A stretch of 62,759 nucleotides of DNA, counting the filler, from Rhabdomonas costata (Eukaryota), in NCBI GenBank assembly GCA_019059605.1. It is 44 parts of 44 records of this genome, joined end to end, with 100 filler letters (N's around TTAATTAATTAA, not from the genome) between each part and the next. Parts side by side here need not be neighbours in the genome. Positions count along the whole stretch, not along the records: positions 24,296 to 25,624 come from JAHMHO010019213.1; positions 25,725 to 27,049 come from JAHMHO010019214.1; positions 27,150 to 28,478 come from JAHMHO010019215.1; positions 28,579 to 29,907 come from JAHMHO010019216.1; positions 30,008 to 31,336 come from JAHMHO010019217.1; positions 31,437 to 32,764 come from JAHMHO010019218.1; positions 32,865 to 34,193 come from JAHMHO010019219.1; positions 34,294 to 35,622 come from JAHMHO010019220.1; 36 more parts are not named here. One strand, written 5' to 3'. Of the stretch, positions 24,773-36,573 are shown in pieces. Within the stretch, counting starts at the first letter, position 1. Each line of letters starts with the position of its first letter. A program made the position numbers and the translations under genes. Below the pieces are notes generated by a model. It saw nothing but the letters and a program-made list of their open reading frames with translations. It was not told the DNA's origin and did no database searches.

Positions 24773-25620
24773 GCCCCGGATGGATCCTGATCTGGTAAAA
24801 GCCTGAATGCAAATCTAATTTCATGAACCACTTTTAGTGTCCCGCCATGTCAATCATCTCATCAATCCTCGGCAACGGGTACGAGTCAGTCACCGTGATT
24901 GCATTCAGCGGGCGGTAGTCCACGCACAACCTCAGCTTCCCTTTCGCTTTCGGAACGAAAAACACTCCGCCACAAACGGCAGTTTCTCCGGCTCGATGAA
25001 GCCCAAGTCCTGCAGCGACTTAAGCTGCTTCATCAGCTCCTCATCTTCCGCTGGTGACATCAGGTACAGTCTCTGCGCTGGCGCTTTACTCTCTGGCAGT
25101 AAATCGATCCTATGGTCCGTTGGTCTCGAAGAGGGGAGTCCACCTTGCACTTTCTCTGGAAATAGATGGGAAAATTCTTTCTCCACTGCTAAAGATGAAA
25201 CTTTCCCCAGCGTTTCCAAGACTGCCGCTCTCCCAACTGTGCTGCTTTTTACCGGAGGGCAGGTTATACGAAACGACTCTGCCGCTGTGAGTGCCTGTGT
25301 CTCAAAGACTTTCCCTTTCCGCTCCACTCTGACCAATCGCCTCTTCCAGTCCACAAACGGCTGCACCAGCACCAAGAACGGGTAGCCCAACACAATGGGA
25401 ATCGTAGTCTTTACTACTCTCAAAAACAACTTGACAGCCATTGGACCAAGCCTCATCACCAATGTGACAAAATGCGTCACTGCCAGTCCTTTACCACTGG
25501 CCACTCTAATCGTCAGAGGTTGCTTCAAAGGAAACTGCAACCCCTCACCACATCCCAACTCACAAAAGAGTCTCACGCCACCGAATCAAGGAGCGCTCTT
25601 ACCTGCTTCTGTCCCACAAC
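24773..25620 (-). mobile_element. Degraded Ty3/Gypsy aspartic protease and N-terminal reverse transcriptase
   Basis: VRALLDS; IVLGYPFL...VDWK; GLPSSRPTDHRIDL; after a frameshift, LRLCVDYRPLNAITVTDSYPLPRIDEMID...KLDLHSGFYQIRI. Confidence 0.93.
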
Positions 25621-25814
25621 CGTTNNNNNNNNNNNNNNNNNNNNNNNNNNNNNNNNNNNNNNNNNNNNTTAATTAATTAANNNNNNNNNNNNNNNNNNNN
25701 NNNNNNNNNNNNNNNNNNNNNNNNGGGGGTGGCGTACTTTGCGCTGTCGCTGGGCACTGCACCTCTCTTGAGGGTGGACTGGAGCCCCGTGGAGCTGATC
25801 GGTGCGTGCATATG

Positions 25815-25870
25815 TGCTGGCTGGCTGGCTGTGCTGGCTGTGCTGTGCTGTGCTGTGCTGTGCTGTGCTG
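25815..25870. repeat. (GCTGT)n / (GCTG)n microsatellite
   Basis: Read directly from the sequence. Confidence 0.9.
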
Positions 25871-26276
25871 GTTTGCACACGCTTTTGGGTCACCAGGCAA
25901 ACTATTAACACACAAACCAAATGAAAACTCGGCCTCATGCATACACCTTTCTTGAGGGGTCATCCTCCCAGGTCCATAAATCGAAGTAAGAACAAGAGCG
26001 GAAGTGATGAGGCCAAGCAAAGGCTGACGGGAGTAAAGGCAGACAGGTGATTTGTGCCTGTCTGAGCCATTTTCGCGACCGGGGAAGTTCAGGATTGCAT
26101 GCCGCATGACGTGAAAATTACGGTGATCGGGAGAAGCACCGAAAATGGGGTGGATGCTCAGGCCATGACAACCTGTAGTGCTGTCATCGGACACCCATTG
26201 GCTGTGCTTCCTTTTCCCTTGGCTCTTGCCCTGCAGTGTCAGCGGCACTCTCGCCATCTCTGCCTATTCTCCGCAG

Positions 26277-26452
26277 AAGCTGCCGCGGCGCAGCCTACGC
26301 GGTGGCTGCGGGCGTGCGGCCTTGTGATGGCGTGTTTCGCGGGGCACTCAATGCTGCCCACAATACACTCCGACATGGCCGCCCCCACGCACTACGATCG
26401 AGTGGTGAGCGTTGCGTTTGGGTATATCGGCCTCTTCTTCGTCCTCCTTGTT
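26277..26452 (+). CDS. Exon of an amino-acid transporter (Aa_trans, AVT1/VIAAT-like)
   Basis: ACGLVMACFAGHSMLPTIHSDMAAPTHYDRVVSVAF matches GLxxFxYxGHxVxPxIxxxMxxPxxY. Bounded by ccgcag| and |gtgcgt. Confidence 0.82.
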
Positions 26453-26822
26453 GTGCGTTTTATTGGCAACGTGATTGCGAACGTTAAGTTTGCAAGTTAC
26501 CGTCACCAGAGAGTGCTGCCTCGCAGCAGAAGAGATTTTTTCGGCACTCCTCCACACAATACTGGATCGAGCGTCGAGCATCGAATCAGACTTTCTTTGC
26601 TTGGTGTTGAGGTCGAATTTGATTCTTTTGATAATTCGATTCAGCAAAACCAGTTTTGGCACATTCCCCGTTTGGTTCCCGTGCGCACGTCGTCCGGGGA
26701 GCCTCCACGTCCACGATCTGAAAGGTGAATGAAATGGGCGCCTTCCGTGGCCCTCTGTGAATCGATAAACCAGTATTACAGATATCCAGTTATGTAGCCT
26801 GCACAGGCGTTTGAATAATTGC

Positions 26823-27042
26823 TGTCGATAGAGAGACAGAGAGAGCAACTCGTCCATCTTTGTGTGTGTGTTTTCTCTCATTGCTCATTGGTTCTGACAA
26901 TTTGCGAGTTTTTCCAATCCCATCCCTCCTCTGTTCACCTTGAAGATGATTTAAAAGGCGCAAATTGTCAGAACCAATGAGCAATGAGAGAAAACACACA
27001 CACAAAGATGGACGAGTTGCTCTCTCTGTCTCTCTATCGACA
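26823..27042. repeat. Contig-end perfect inverted repeat (84-bp arms, 52-nt loop), probable fold-back
   Basis: 26823-26906 is the reverse complement of 26959-27042. Confidence 0.92.
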
Positions 27043-27423
27043 CCAACAANNNNNNNNNNNNNNNNNNNNNNNNNNNNNNNNNNNNNNNNNNNNTTAATTA
27101 ATTAANNNNNNNNNNNNNNNNNNNNNNNNNNNNNNNNNNNNNNNNNNNNTAAACGGTCAATGGCTAAACGCAAGCAACACCAAACAAGGGCGATTGTTTC
27201 GTGGAAATCTGTCACATCATTAAGTTTTTTTAAAGAGTTCTGGTGGCATTAGACATAAAACGAACATGAAAGAGAGTTTGTCACCGGAAAATATACAAAA
27301 GTCATTTTCTTATTATTAACATACGTATGATGATGAGTGGGCAAAGCATTGCATGCCACGGAGCGACAAGAAGACAAAGTGCTCTGCAGCAGCAAAACCG
27401 TGAGACACAAACCCACCGCATAC

Positions 27424-27530
27424 TTGCGATATTCCTTCAGGTGAGAGACCAACTTGTTGAAAGCGTTGACAAGAACCCGAATTTCGGAAATGCGCGATGC
27501 AGCAAGGGGGTTCAGATCCACGACTTCCAT
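27424..27530 (-). CDS. HAMP-like exon of a probable class III nucleotide cyclase
   Basis: cttcag|MEVVDLNPLAASRISEIRVLVNAFNKLVSHLKEYR-K|gtatgc. The SxIxEIxxLxxAFxxxVxxLxEY(R)xY pattern typically precedes cyclase domains. Confidence 0.65.
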
Positions 27531-30310
27531 CTGAAGTAAAAAACACCCGCACTGCGAAAACAGGAGCTATACAAGTCAAGACAGTTGTCCACATCAACGT
27601 CACAAAGAGAACCGAAATGTATTGAAGAATGCCCTGTCCAGAAATAGACGGGTTGGTCTATGACGGATGCCCCCACGAACCTTTCCTGAGAAAAACCCTT
27701 GGAGACAAGAGAGGCCAAGATATTCCTCCAGCTTAGATTCGTGAGGAAAGAGATTGGCAGATCGATGGCCGTGTCCGAACATTTAAACTGCCAGTTTACT
27801 CAGCGTTAGCTAAATCAATCTTTGGGGCTTGCTACAACGCACGTTTCTTTTTCTGCAGGGCAGACTAAATAAAAATATTTAGCAGGCTACACCGTAAACG
27901 AAAGTTTATGCTACGGACTGAGTTCTTCGGGCTGTAAAAGGCTGGCATTTTGGATCCAACCGCACTTTTACACAAATGGGCGTAACTACACATGTCACAG
28001 CTTTGTTCTTTCACCATGGTTCGCAATGCAGCGAACCACGCGACGTTCAAAGCTCAGCAGAGACACATCAACCTCAGTTCTCTTTGCTCTCTGTTCATTT
28101 TTCACCGGTCCATGCTCAAAACAAGTGAGGGGTTGCATACCGCAAACTCGTTACGGACGCATAGCAGGCTGTACGGTAAATCGAAAGTTTACAACCTTCC
28201 GTATTCAGCAAGAGATAGCATATGCTACCCAAGCCCAGCGGCATAAAAACACGCCAAAAAGACTTCAGTTCAAAACGCTACGGACGAATTCTCGATTTCG
28301 GGGAGTAACTGGGCTTAATAAGCACAACAAATACGGCACGAACCAGCCCTGAGGCTCTCGCCAACGAGTACACACACACACACCCTGCATAAAAGTTCCA
28401 TCTGCTGTGCAACTCGGGTGAGTGGGTACGTCAGCAGTGCAGAGGAGACCACCACAGCAACTGAAGTCACCACGCACCNNNNNNNNNNNNNNNNNNNNNN
28501 NNNNNNNNNNNNNNNNNNNNNNTTAATTAATTAANNNNNNNNNNNNNNNNNNNNNNNNNNNNNNNNNNNNNNNNNNNNGGGGTGTTGGTGATCCAAATGG
28601 AGCCAGACCTCGCAAGATAAAACCGCAGAGCAAGGCACCTCGTCAAGACACGAGGATGAGAAGACGCAAGCACGCAGCGAAAAACTCGAGCCTTCCCCCC
28701 AAATCGAGGACCCAAAGGAACCAAAATTCGCACAACAGCTACAGTACAACATGCAAATGTCCATGCAAGTAACTTTCTGACCTCAGCAGTCCTTAACTCA
28801 GCAACACCGCGGTTCCACAGGCTGTAGCGGGGCAACGACAGCGGCGCACCCATCAGCATCGGCGGACCTCCAGAGATCCAGTAGGAGTTGCCAGTTACTT
28901 TTTTCGCAGCTGGAGTAGTCTTTTTAGCTCTTCCTCGGCCTCGTTCGGGGGACGAGCACTGCCACTTGGAGCAGCAGCTGCTCTCCCTGGAATCCCCGAA
29001 CAACAAAATTAACCCGTGAGAGTAAGTATGACGCATATTTTCCAACAATGCACGCTGACTAAAATGGTGTTTATTCGGTGACTGGAGCGTGAGGCGGACC
29101 ATACAAAGCCAGGGAAGCCTGCATAACATCGGCAATGCTAAGCGACAGTGAGACGATCCAGCAAGCGAAACAACAACATGCAGGGCGTTTCACTACCAAA
29201 GAGAGCAACAAAGACACAGGTCCGATGCATTTTTTAGCGCGCGCATATGTGTGCGGAGGTGTTAAATGATTTTCTCGGTATTTCTGATGTTAGAGGGCGA
29301 CGAACGATGCCCTGATGATTTTTGAACAGTAAAGGACTAAAGGGACAGAGCAATTTTAGTGGAGCAGGCCACCACCCCCGCTATCATAAATCGTTTAACA
29401 ACGTCAAACCATTTAGCTCCTCACCCCCCCCCCTGTGCATTGGAAAAATCCACACAAGCTGTCCCCTTAGCGCACAGAAATCGAAAGCGGAGCACATCGC
29501 GGTGCGCGGTTGGAGGGGGGGGGGTTGGGGAAGAGTCCGACAGCACCTGCTTCGGGGAATTGCAGTGCAGTTGTAGGAACCGTTGGGGCGGCAGCAGGTT
29601 TGGCAGCAGCCTGTTTACCCCCCAACCCCAACGGCACCGGACAACGACATAGCACACAAAATGACCAATACCTCGCAAAAAATTTCCCCAGCTCTCCGAG
29701 CAGCGCTCACGCTCGGGCGAAGCCACGTGCCCTCTCTTTCGCCATTCTTACCTGTGGAGCAGCCGCGGCGGTGGGGGTGGCCTTCGTGGGGTGCTGCTTG
29801 AGCATGCAGTCATACCTGACCGAGAAGATGATGCATCCAAATGCGTCATCGCGACAATTTGCAGGGGCGGGAGAATTCTTATGCTGAGAAGCTGAAACCA
29901 CGCCCCCNNNNNNNNNNNNNNNNNNNNNNNNNNNNNNNNNNNNNNNNNNNNTTAATTAATTAANNNNNNNNNNNNNNNNNNNNNNNNNNNNNNNNNNNNN
30001 NNNNNNNAGGATGTGATGCAGGAGCTGAAGAAACCGGATGACAGTGGGGTTGCGGGTGGGTGGTGGTGAGATCTGAGAGAGATTTTGGAATGGGGGAATA
30101 GGGCATATGGGGAGAGGGCCGGTGGGGAAAGCGCAATAAAGCGGTGTGCAGAACACAGGGTAATGAAACACGAGAAGGAAGGCAGGGAGACAACACAGAA
30201 AAGCCACAAACATGAGCCCATAAGAGCTGCGCAAAAGTCCATAATAGGCCACCGGAAGTCCATAGAAGGGAAATGTAAAACACCGACAAGAAGGGGAGGG
30301 GAGGGAAGGG

Positions 30311-31327
30311 TTACCTAGCAGCCTGCGCTAACCCAGCACAAAGCAGCGAAGGCGCGTCTGCGTCATCGTCAAAAAGAACGCTCGCAACCAAAGGACCCCC
30401 GTATCCCAATGTCATGACCAATCCGTTCTCCATATCCTCCTTGTCTGCCCCCAGATTCCATACCTTAATCGTTGTATCGTCACCCCCGCTGACAATGCGC
30501 CTGCCATCGGGTGTGACGGCGAGTGAGTTTACCTTGCCAGTGTGCCCACAAAGAGTTCTTTCCTCATGTCCGGTCTTCAAATTCCACACCTTAATCGCAT
30601 TGTCTTCACTTCCGCTGATGATGCGGGTGCCATTGGGAGTGATAGCGACGGACCAGATAGGTTCAGTATGCCCAGAAATAGTTCTTTCCTCCACTCCAGT
30701 GGTCACATCCCACACCTTGATCGTCAAGTCTCCACTGCCGCTGACAATTCGTGTGCCATCGGGTGTGACGGCCACATTAAAAACGTGTTCTATATGCCCA
30801 GAGAAAGTCATTTCCACCTTTCCCGTCACCAAACTCCACAACTTCACCGCCTTGTCCCAACCTCCACTGACGATCCGGGTGCCATTGGACGTGACGGCCA
30901 CAGAGCTGACGCGGCAACCGCCTTGCTCCGAAAGAGTTTTTTCCTCCTTGCCATTCTCAATACTCCACACCTTAATCTTGAAGTCATCACTTCCACTGAC
31001 GATGCGGGCGCTATCGGGTGTGACTGCGAGGGAAGTTACGGGACCATTGTGCCCACAAAGAGTTCTTTCCTGCTTCCCCGTCTCCGAATTCCATACTCTA
31101 ATCGTCTGGTCAAAACTTCCGCTGACGATGCGGCTGCCGTCGGGTGTGATGGAGACCGACCAGACAGCGTCAGTGTGCCCATAAAGAACTCTCTCCTCCT
31201 TGCCCGTTTCAGCATTCCACAACTTAATCGTCTTGTCATGGCTTCCGCTGACGATGCGGGTGCCATCGGGTGTGACGGCGACGGCTCTAACGAAGCTGGC
31301 GTGCCCAAACAAGGCTCTTTCCTCCAA
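30311..31327 (-). CDS. WD40-repeat region, 7 highly similar 42-aa repeats; 5' truncated
   Basis: GHxxxVxxVAVTPDGTRIVSGSxDxTIKVW repeated 7 times. The end may be a splice donor (ag|gtaacc) rather than a stop. Confidence 0.95.
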   Translation of the reverse strand: MEERALFGHASFVRAVAVTPDGTRIVSGSHDKTIKLWNAETGKEERVLYGHTDAVWSVSITPDGSRIVSGSFDQTIRVWNSETGKQERTLCGHNGPVTSLAVTPDSARIVSGSDDFKIKVWSIENGKEEKTLSEQGGCRVSSVAVTSNGTRIVSGGWDKAVKLWSLVTGKVEMTFSGHIEHVFNVAVTPDGTRIVSGSGDLTIKVWDVTTGVEERTISGHTEPIWSVAITPNGTRIISGSEDNAIKVWNLKTGHEERTLCGHTGKVNSLAVTPDGRRIVSGGDDTTIKVWNLGADKEDMENGLVMTLGYGGPLVASVLFDDDADAPSLLCAGLAQAAR

Positions 31328-32437
31328 CCCACCCCCNNNNNNNNNNNNNNNNNNNNNNNNNNNNNNNNNNNNNNNNNNNNTTAATTAATTAANNNNNNNN
31401 NNNNNNNNNNNNNNNNNNNNNNNNNNNNNNNNNNNNTGCGGTTAGAAGTGTGTACGTTCTTGGTGGCGGCTTCCTTTAAGTGGCTTTGTCATCAAAGACG
31501 TCACAGATTGAAAAAGGCGGGTGAATTTCCGGAGATACACGGGTTTTTGGTTTGGCTTTGACCGACATTGCAAAAAAAAAAGGCAGCCATTTTCGCATAA
31601 TTAGCAACTCTTCCGAGCAAAGCTGATCAAAATCATTCACACAGTTGAACAACCAGCCAGCAGCGTCAAAGACGCTCTCGCGGCTCAGTACAGTTTGCAG
31701 GGTGATCACCAAGGAAAGTGCCTCAGCAACAGTTTCAAACTCAAACGACAGTGAACTCAGCAAAATGCTGCCCTGACGAGCACAGCGGCCAAGGTTAGAT
31801 GGCTTACAGCGCTGACGCAGGGACAAACCCCCCGGGAAGACTCCCCCTATAAAAACATGCACATTTTTCGCACGACTCCTTTTTCACAAGCACTTCTGGT
31901 AGGAAAGTTATTTCAGATAATGCCTTCCGTCCGGTCCCGCGCTGACGCTGGCACTCCCTCGTCACATCGGCGATCCCAACCAAAAGAACCCTCGAAAACG
32001 CCATAACTTGGGCAGTGCTAACAAACCATGCGTCAAAGCATTCAAAATAAATCTGCGCCAACATCTTTGAAGGTGAGCAAAGTGAACACATCTGTGGGGT
32101 ACCGGACTGAGGAGTAGTTAAACGATCTGCTTTAACAGAAACATTGGCTAAGTACTATGAGCAGCACCAACACAGGACAAGGGAGGTATAATAATTTATC
32201 CATTATTGAGGTGGTGACTCCCCTCCGGCCATTTGCTTTTTATTGCCGAGAGCCAGAAGATAGAGAGAGCTGCTCCCCCACCAGCAGGGAGTCGCTATAT
32301 TCTGAAAGGGGAGGTGAACCAACAGAGCCAACAAAAAAATCCCCAGAAATGTCAACAGAACAATTTATCCGCAAATGGCATATGGTCCATCGCGAACGCA
32401 GAGCCGTTTCCCACCGGAAAGCAAGCAGTGCGCAGAC

Positions 32438-32562
32438 CCGGCTGGTGGGGGCATGGTGGCGTCCGCCCACAGAAAGAAGCCGCACTCCCCTGAGCCCCGC
32501 GGACGGGCACAGCTGTAGAACTTCCTTCCCTTATTGGCAGTCGCCTTGACAGTGGTCCGCAA
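32438..32562 (-). CDS. Exon encoding part of a GRF-type zinc finger
   Basis: aaacag|LRTTVKATANKGRKFYSCARPRGSGECGFFLWAD matches the NxGRxFYxC...CxFFxW signature. Donor gtctgc. Confidence 0.85.
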
Positions 32563-34396
32563 CTGTTTAAGCCACCACCCAATGCCACGTGCCACCACGC
32601 CTATTGATATCTCCCGACAATTATGAGCAATAATTAACTCTTTACTCGTTTGTACTGCGATTGTGTACTGAAGGCTGGTGTCGTTCGTAATGCAATTCGA
32701 CAATGGCTGTTATCTGGTATTCAGGCCCTTCAAATTGTATTACGAACGACACAACCCCCCCAAANNNNNNNNNNNNNNNNNNNNNNNNNNNNNNNNNNNN
32801 NNNNNNNNTTAATTAATTAANNNNNNNNNNNNNNNNNNNNNNNNNNNNNNNNNNNNNNNNNNNNGGGGTTTGGTAATTTAGCTTTTGTGGTTGTTGTGCT
32901 AGGGGCACCGTTTTGTGCAGAAAGGGGTCGCTCTTTCTCTCTTTTTTTTACGTGGCCTCTCCCCGTGGATGGGCAAAGGTTTATTCCGCCTCTTTAGGTT
33001 CCAGCACGCCATGGTAAGGCCTACGTCGCCCCTGTGCAAGAGACCGCGGCAACTACTCAGGCATATGTTCGTGGGTCTTCCTTGTGCACTCTGTGGCTTT
33101 ATGCCCATGCGCATCCCCAAGAGTGCGGAAGTTTGGGAGCCCCATTGACCATGGTTTTCATAAGGCACTGAGGCCAGCCTATCACGATGACCAGGATGTC
33201 CGCCTGTGGGTCCACATTCTTGTGCTGTTTGCTGCAGACACCCACCTTCTCCAAAGCTGCTTAAGGGTACCCCCGCGCGCGCCTTCACCGCCACCTTTTC
33301 TCGCCCGCTCTCGCCCTCTCGGCACCGACAGGAATGCGCACCTGTGGAATCCTCCTACGTACACACACTTCTGCAAATCCCAAGCCACTTTGTCCTTCTC
33401 TACCGGGGATAGCTTTGTGTTCACCAGCAGTCAATTTTTATGGGTCGTATTCCCTGTGCTTCTCTTCTCTCTGTATTTCGCAGGAGACCCAGCCACGGCC
33501 TAAGGACCGGGACAACGACGAAGATGACGATGACGGGGCGCACTCGGGTTTTTCTTCCCACCGCACTCCGATTGACTTTTCGGACTAAACTTCTCCCTGG
33601 CTTTCCACCCACCCAGGCAGGCAGGCAGGGAGGCAGGCACACTTACTCAGACAAACTTGGGCATGTCTGCGCTGTCCCTCTCAATACGATGACGCTCTGG
33701 AGGGGGGACTCCAACTAGTGGTCAACGTTGCTGTTGTTATTTTAGTTACTGATTGATTCGGAAATTCTTGGAGCCGAAACGAAAATTCGCATTCATCTGC
33801 AATGGCTCACGATTTCCATTTCGGCCACCCCACCAATCCCCCAAGGCCAGTGGGCTGAAAGGATCGGCAAAAGGAGAACGCGTACACATGCCTTGAAATA
33901 AATGAATGCAAGGCTGAATGTCCCTTCTGTGACTCGTTTGGAAGGTCTCAAACATGCTTGGGTTTCCATCGACCATCTGGTCCAGCGACACACTCACGCA
34001 CCGACGCACTCAGGACAAGAGGATGACACCTCTACTGCGGGCAAGGTAAGGGCTCTTTGGTTTTGGTTTGTGTACGCAGGGTCATTATTTGTCATATCGA
34101 TATTTTCCATGAAGGTGGGGTATCCTTTTGCAGTAATGCGTCTGTCACAACCCGCTTGCACCCCTGCTGAAGGATAATGTACTGCGGAATTGGNNNNNNN
34201 NNNNNNNNNNNNNNNNNNNNNNNNNNNNNNNNNNNNNTTAATTAATTAANNNNNNNNNNNNNNNNNNNNNNNNNNNNNNNNNNNNNNNNNNNNGGCCGCA
34301 GCTGAAACCAACGCACACGCACCCCTTCTCAATGCAACAGAGCTCTCTCAGCCCCTTGCCAATAATTTGCGGGGAAGGGTGGGGTTCTGTGTGGTC

Positions 34397-34498
34397 CTGC
34401 CCTGTGCATGAAGAGCAGGCCGTAGAGCAGCTGGTACGTCATGCACTTCATCGCGTGGAGCGAGAAAAGAGTGCCGTTGGTCATGAGCTTTCCCAAAT
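34397..34498 (-). CDS. Protein kinase exon (subdomains V-VIa, CMGC-like)
   Basis: aatag|(D)LGKLMTNGTLFSLHAMKCMTYQLLYGLLFMHRAG. The 3' boundary has no GT. Confidence 0.8.
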
Positions 34499-35766
34499 CT
34501 ATTTTTGGACAACATGGGGGACTCATGACCCATCATCGGAAACCAAAATTCCCGGGAGCGTGTGGTGTCCCGCCACAGAAAACCGAAGACAGACCGAAGC
34601 CCTCAGCCAACACTGACGAATTCAAACAGTGAACTTGGGACAAATTTTTTTGGGGTGCGTCAAACGTTTAGACCAGAACGCAAGGGCGATGAACGGTTCC
34701 CAGAAGATGGTACTTTTGGTGCGGAGACCAGTCGGCGGTGCGGAAGGAGCGGGCGGACGGTTTGGAACGTTCCATGGGGCAATGCTCCGTTTAGGAGCAC
34801 TGCAAAACGTTTAGCGGTGCAAAACGTCTGAATCGGACACATTCTGGGATGTTATTCTTAGGGCGGGGGGTAAGGTGAACTCTGTCATGCACGTCACTAT
34901 GCATTTACACGCATCTACGTGCTCACTGCAAAATGGGGTTGGGTACACAGTTTTCCCGCCCCCTAGACAGGCACACAGGTAATTTAATTTCAGGGAGTTA
35001 TGACCGTTTAGCCGTGCTAAACGTTTAGCACCCCTCCCCCCTCCCACAAAATGCAAGAGGCCCATGATAATTAGGTAGAACATAGCTTTGCTTCGCAACA
35101 CAAACTAACTGAAAAACCCAAAACGGCGTGACATACCGACTCAAGGAAGGAAGTCACACGTTGCTTACGTTCTGGGGCGAAAGATTGGGTGGGTGAACCC
35201 GCAAGTTAAATCCGATTTTGGGCGCATTCTCTCTCTTCGTCATCACAGCCATTCACAGCCGCAACAAGCTACCATTGACACCCACCACCTCCAAACCAGA
35301 AGAAAATTTTACACAGACAGGCGATGAAGATAAGGGAGAAAGGAGAGCCGCTGGTGAACGGAAATCCATGGTGGTTCCTCTCCTTACCCGTTGATGTGCT
35401 GCCTTCAGTGATGCCCGCATCCGTGTCCTTGTGAGCACGTGCTTTAAACCACTGCAGCGATAAACACCGAGGTTCATATGCAGCCTGCAAAATTACGGGG
35501 ATATGCGCAATCCCTCACAACCAGGCATCTGCCACGCCATCCCATTGCAAAAGCGTTTATCCGTCGAAAAGAGACATCCCACTCTGACCCCCTCCCCCTC
35601 GAATCAAGGAAACCACCCACCCNNNNNNNNNNNNNNNNNNNNNNNNNNNNNNNNNNNNNNNNNNNNTTAATTAATTAANNNNNNNNNNNNNNNNNNNNNN
35701 NNNNNNNNNNNNNNNNNNNNNNGGTTGTGTGTGTTTGTGCGCGCGCGTGGTGGGGTGGGTGTGCAG

Positions 35767-35982
35767 GAGCTGAACATTCCCTCGGAAGAGGTGGAAAGCC
35801 TTCTGGTGGGGCTGATCCTGGACCGCCGTGTGGAGGGCGCGCTGGATCAGGTGCACCAAGTACTGGAGCGCCGCCACCGCACTGCCGCTGAGGCCCGCTC
35901 AGGGGCCCCGTACCCTGGGCTTGCCCAGTGGGCCTCCAACCTCAGCCACCTCTGCTCTACCGTCGCTGGCAGGCTGCGGTAG
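35767..35982 (+). CDS. CSN2: Last exon of COP9 signalosome subunit 2 (PCI domain C-terminus)
   Basis: gtgcag|ELNIPSEEVESLLVGLILDRRVEGALDQVHQVLE...YPGLAQWASNLSHL...* matches the CSN2 pattern ELNIxxxDVESLLVxxILD...IDQVNQLLE...YxALxKW. Confidence 0.88.
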   Translation, partial: ELNIPSEEVESLLVGLILDRRVEGALDQVHQVLERRHRTAAEARSGAPYPGLAQWASNLSHLCSTVAGRLR

Positions 35983-36573
35983 AGGACTGACGACACCCCC
36001 CCCCCCTGCTCACAAAACAGAATCCAAGGAAACGCGGCTGCGGAGTGTGTCTGTGTCTGTCTGTGGGGGTGGGGCGTGTGAGACGTCACAACCGGATTTC
36101 ACCCTTCGTTCGGCAAAGTGGGGGGTATCGGGGTCCACTTCAGCTGGTGCAAGATATTCGATTCTTTTTAAGCGGCAAAACCTGTGCGGACCTGTTCCCT
36201 GTGTTTTTTCGCTTCCAAGTGTAAAACGGTTTATCGGGGTTTAGCGTGGTCTGGAAGAATAGTCTCCGTCGTTGTGTTTGGAGGTGTTCATGAACGGTAT
36301 CCCGCACTACCTTGCCTAAAGTCCAACAAGCCGGATAATGCTAGTTTAAACGGAGGAGGGGTTCCTCAAGTGTTGGTTTCCATGAATGGAAAGTGTTCAC
36401 TGCAAAAAAAGCTCTTGCGTGCATTGTCGAGCACACCATCATTTGCAGTACGGCATCGCCAGAAATTACTGTTGAGAACCTTTCGTATGGTCTCTCTGGT
36501 GTAGTCTTTTGTGAGATTCCTTTATTGAGATTCCTTTTTTGGGGCCATCCGAAAGGTGAAAGGATGCCTCACA

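Noticed and set aside
24837-25385. 182-aa plus-strand ORF
   Set aside because: Antisense to Gypsy protease/RT.
26823-27042. Long hairpin as a miRNA precursor, MITE or structured nonconventional intron
   Set aside because: Perfect arms ending at the contig tail match the fold-back pattern seen at many other contig ends.
30414-31384. Long plus-strand ORFs of 256 and 280 aa
   Set aside because: Antisense shadows of the repetitive WD40 exon.
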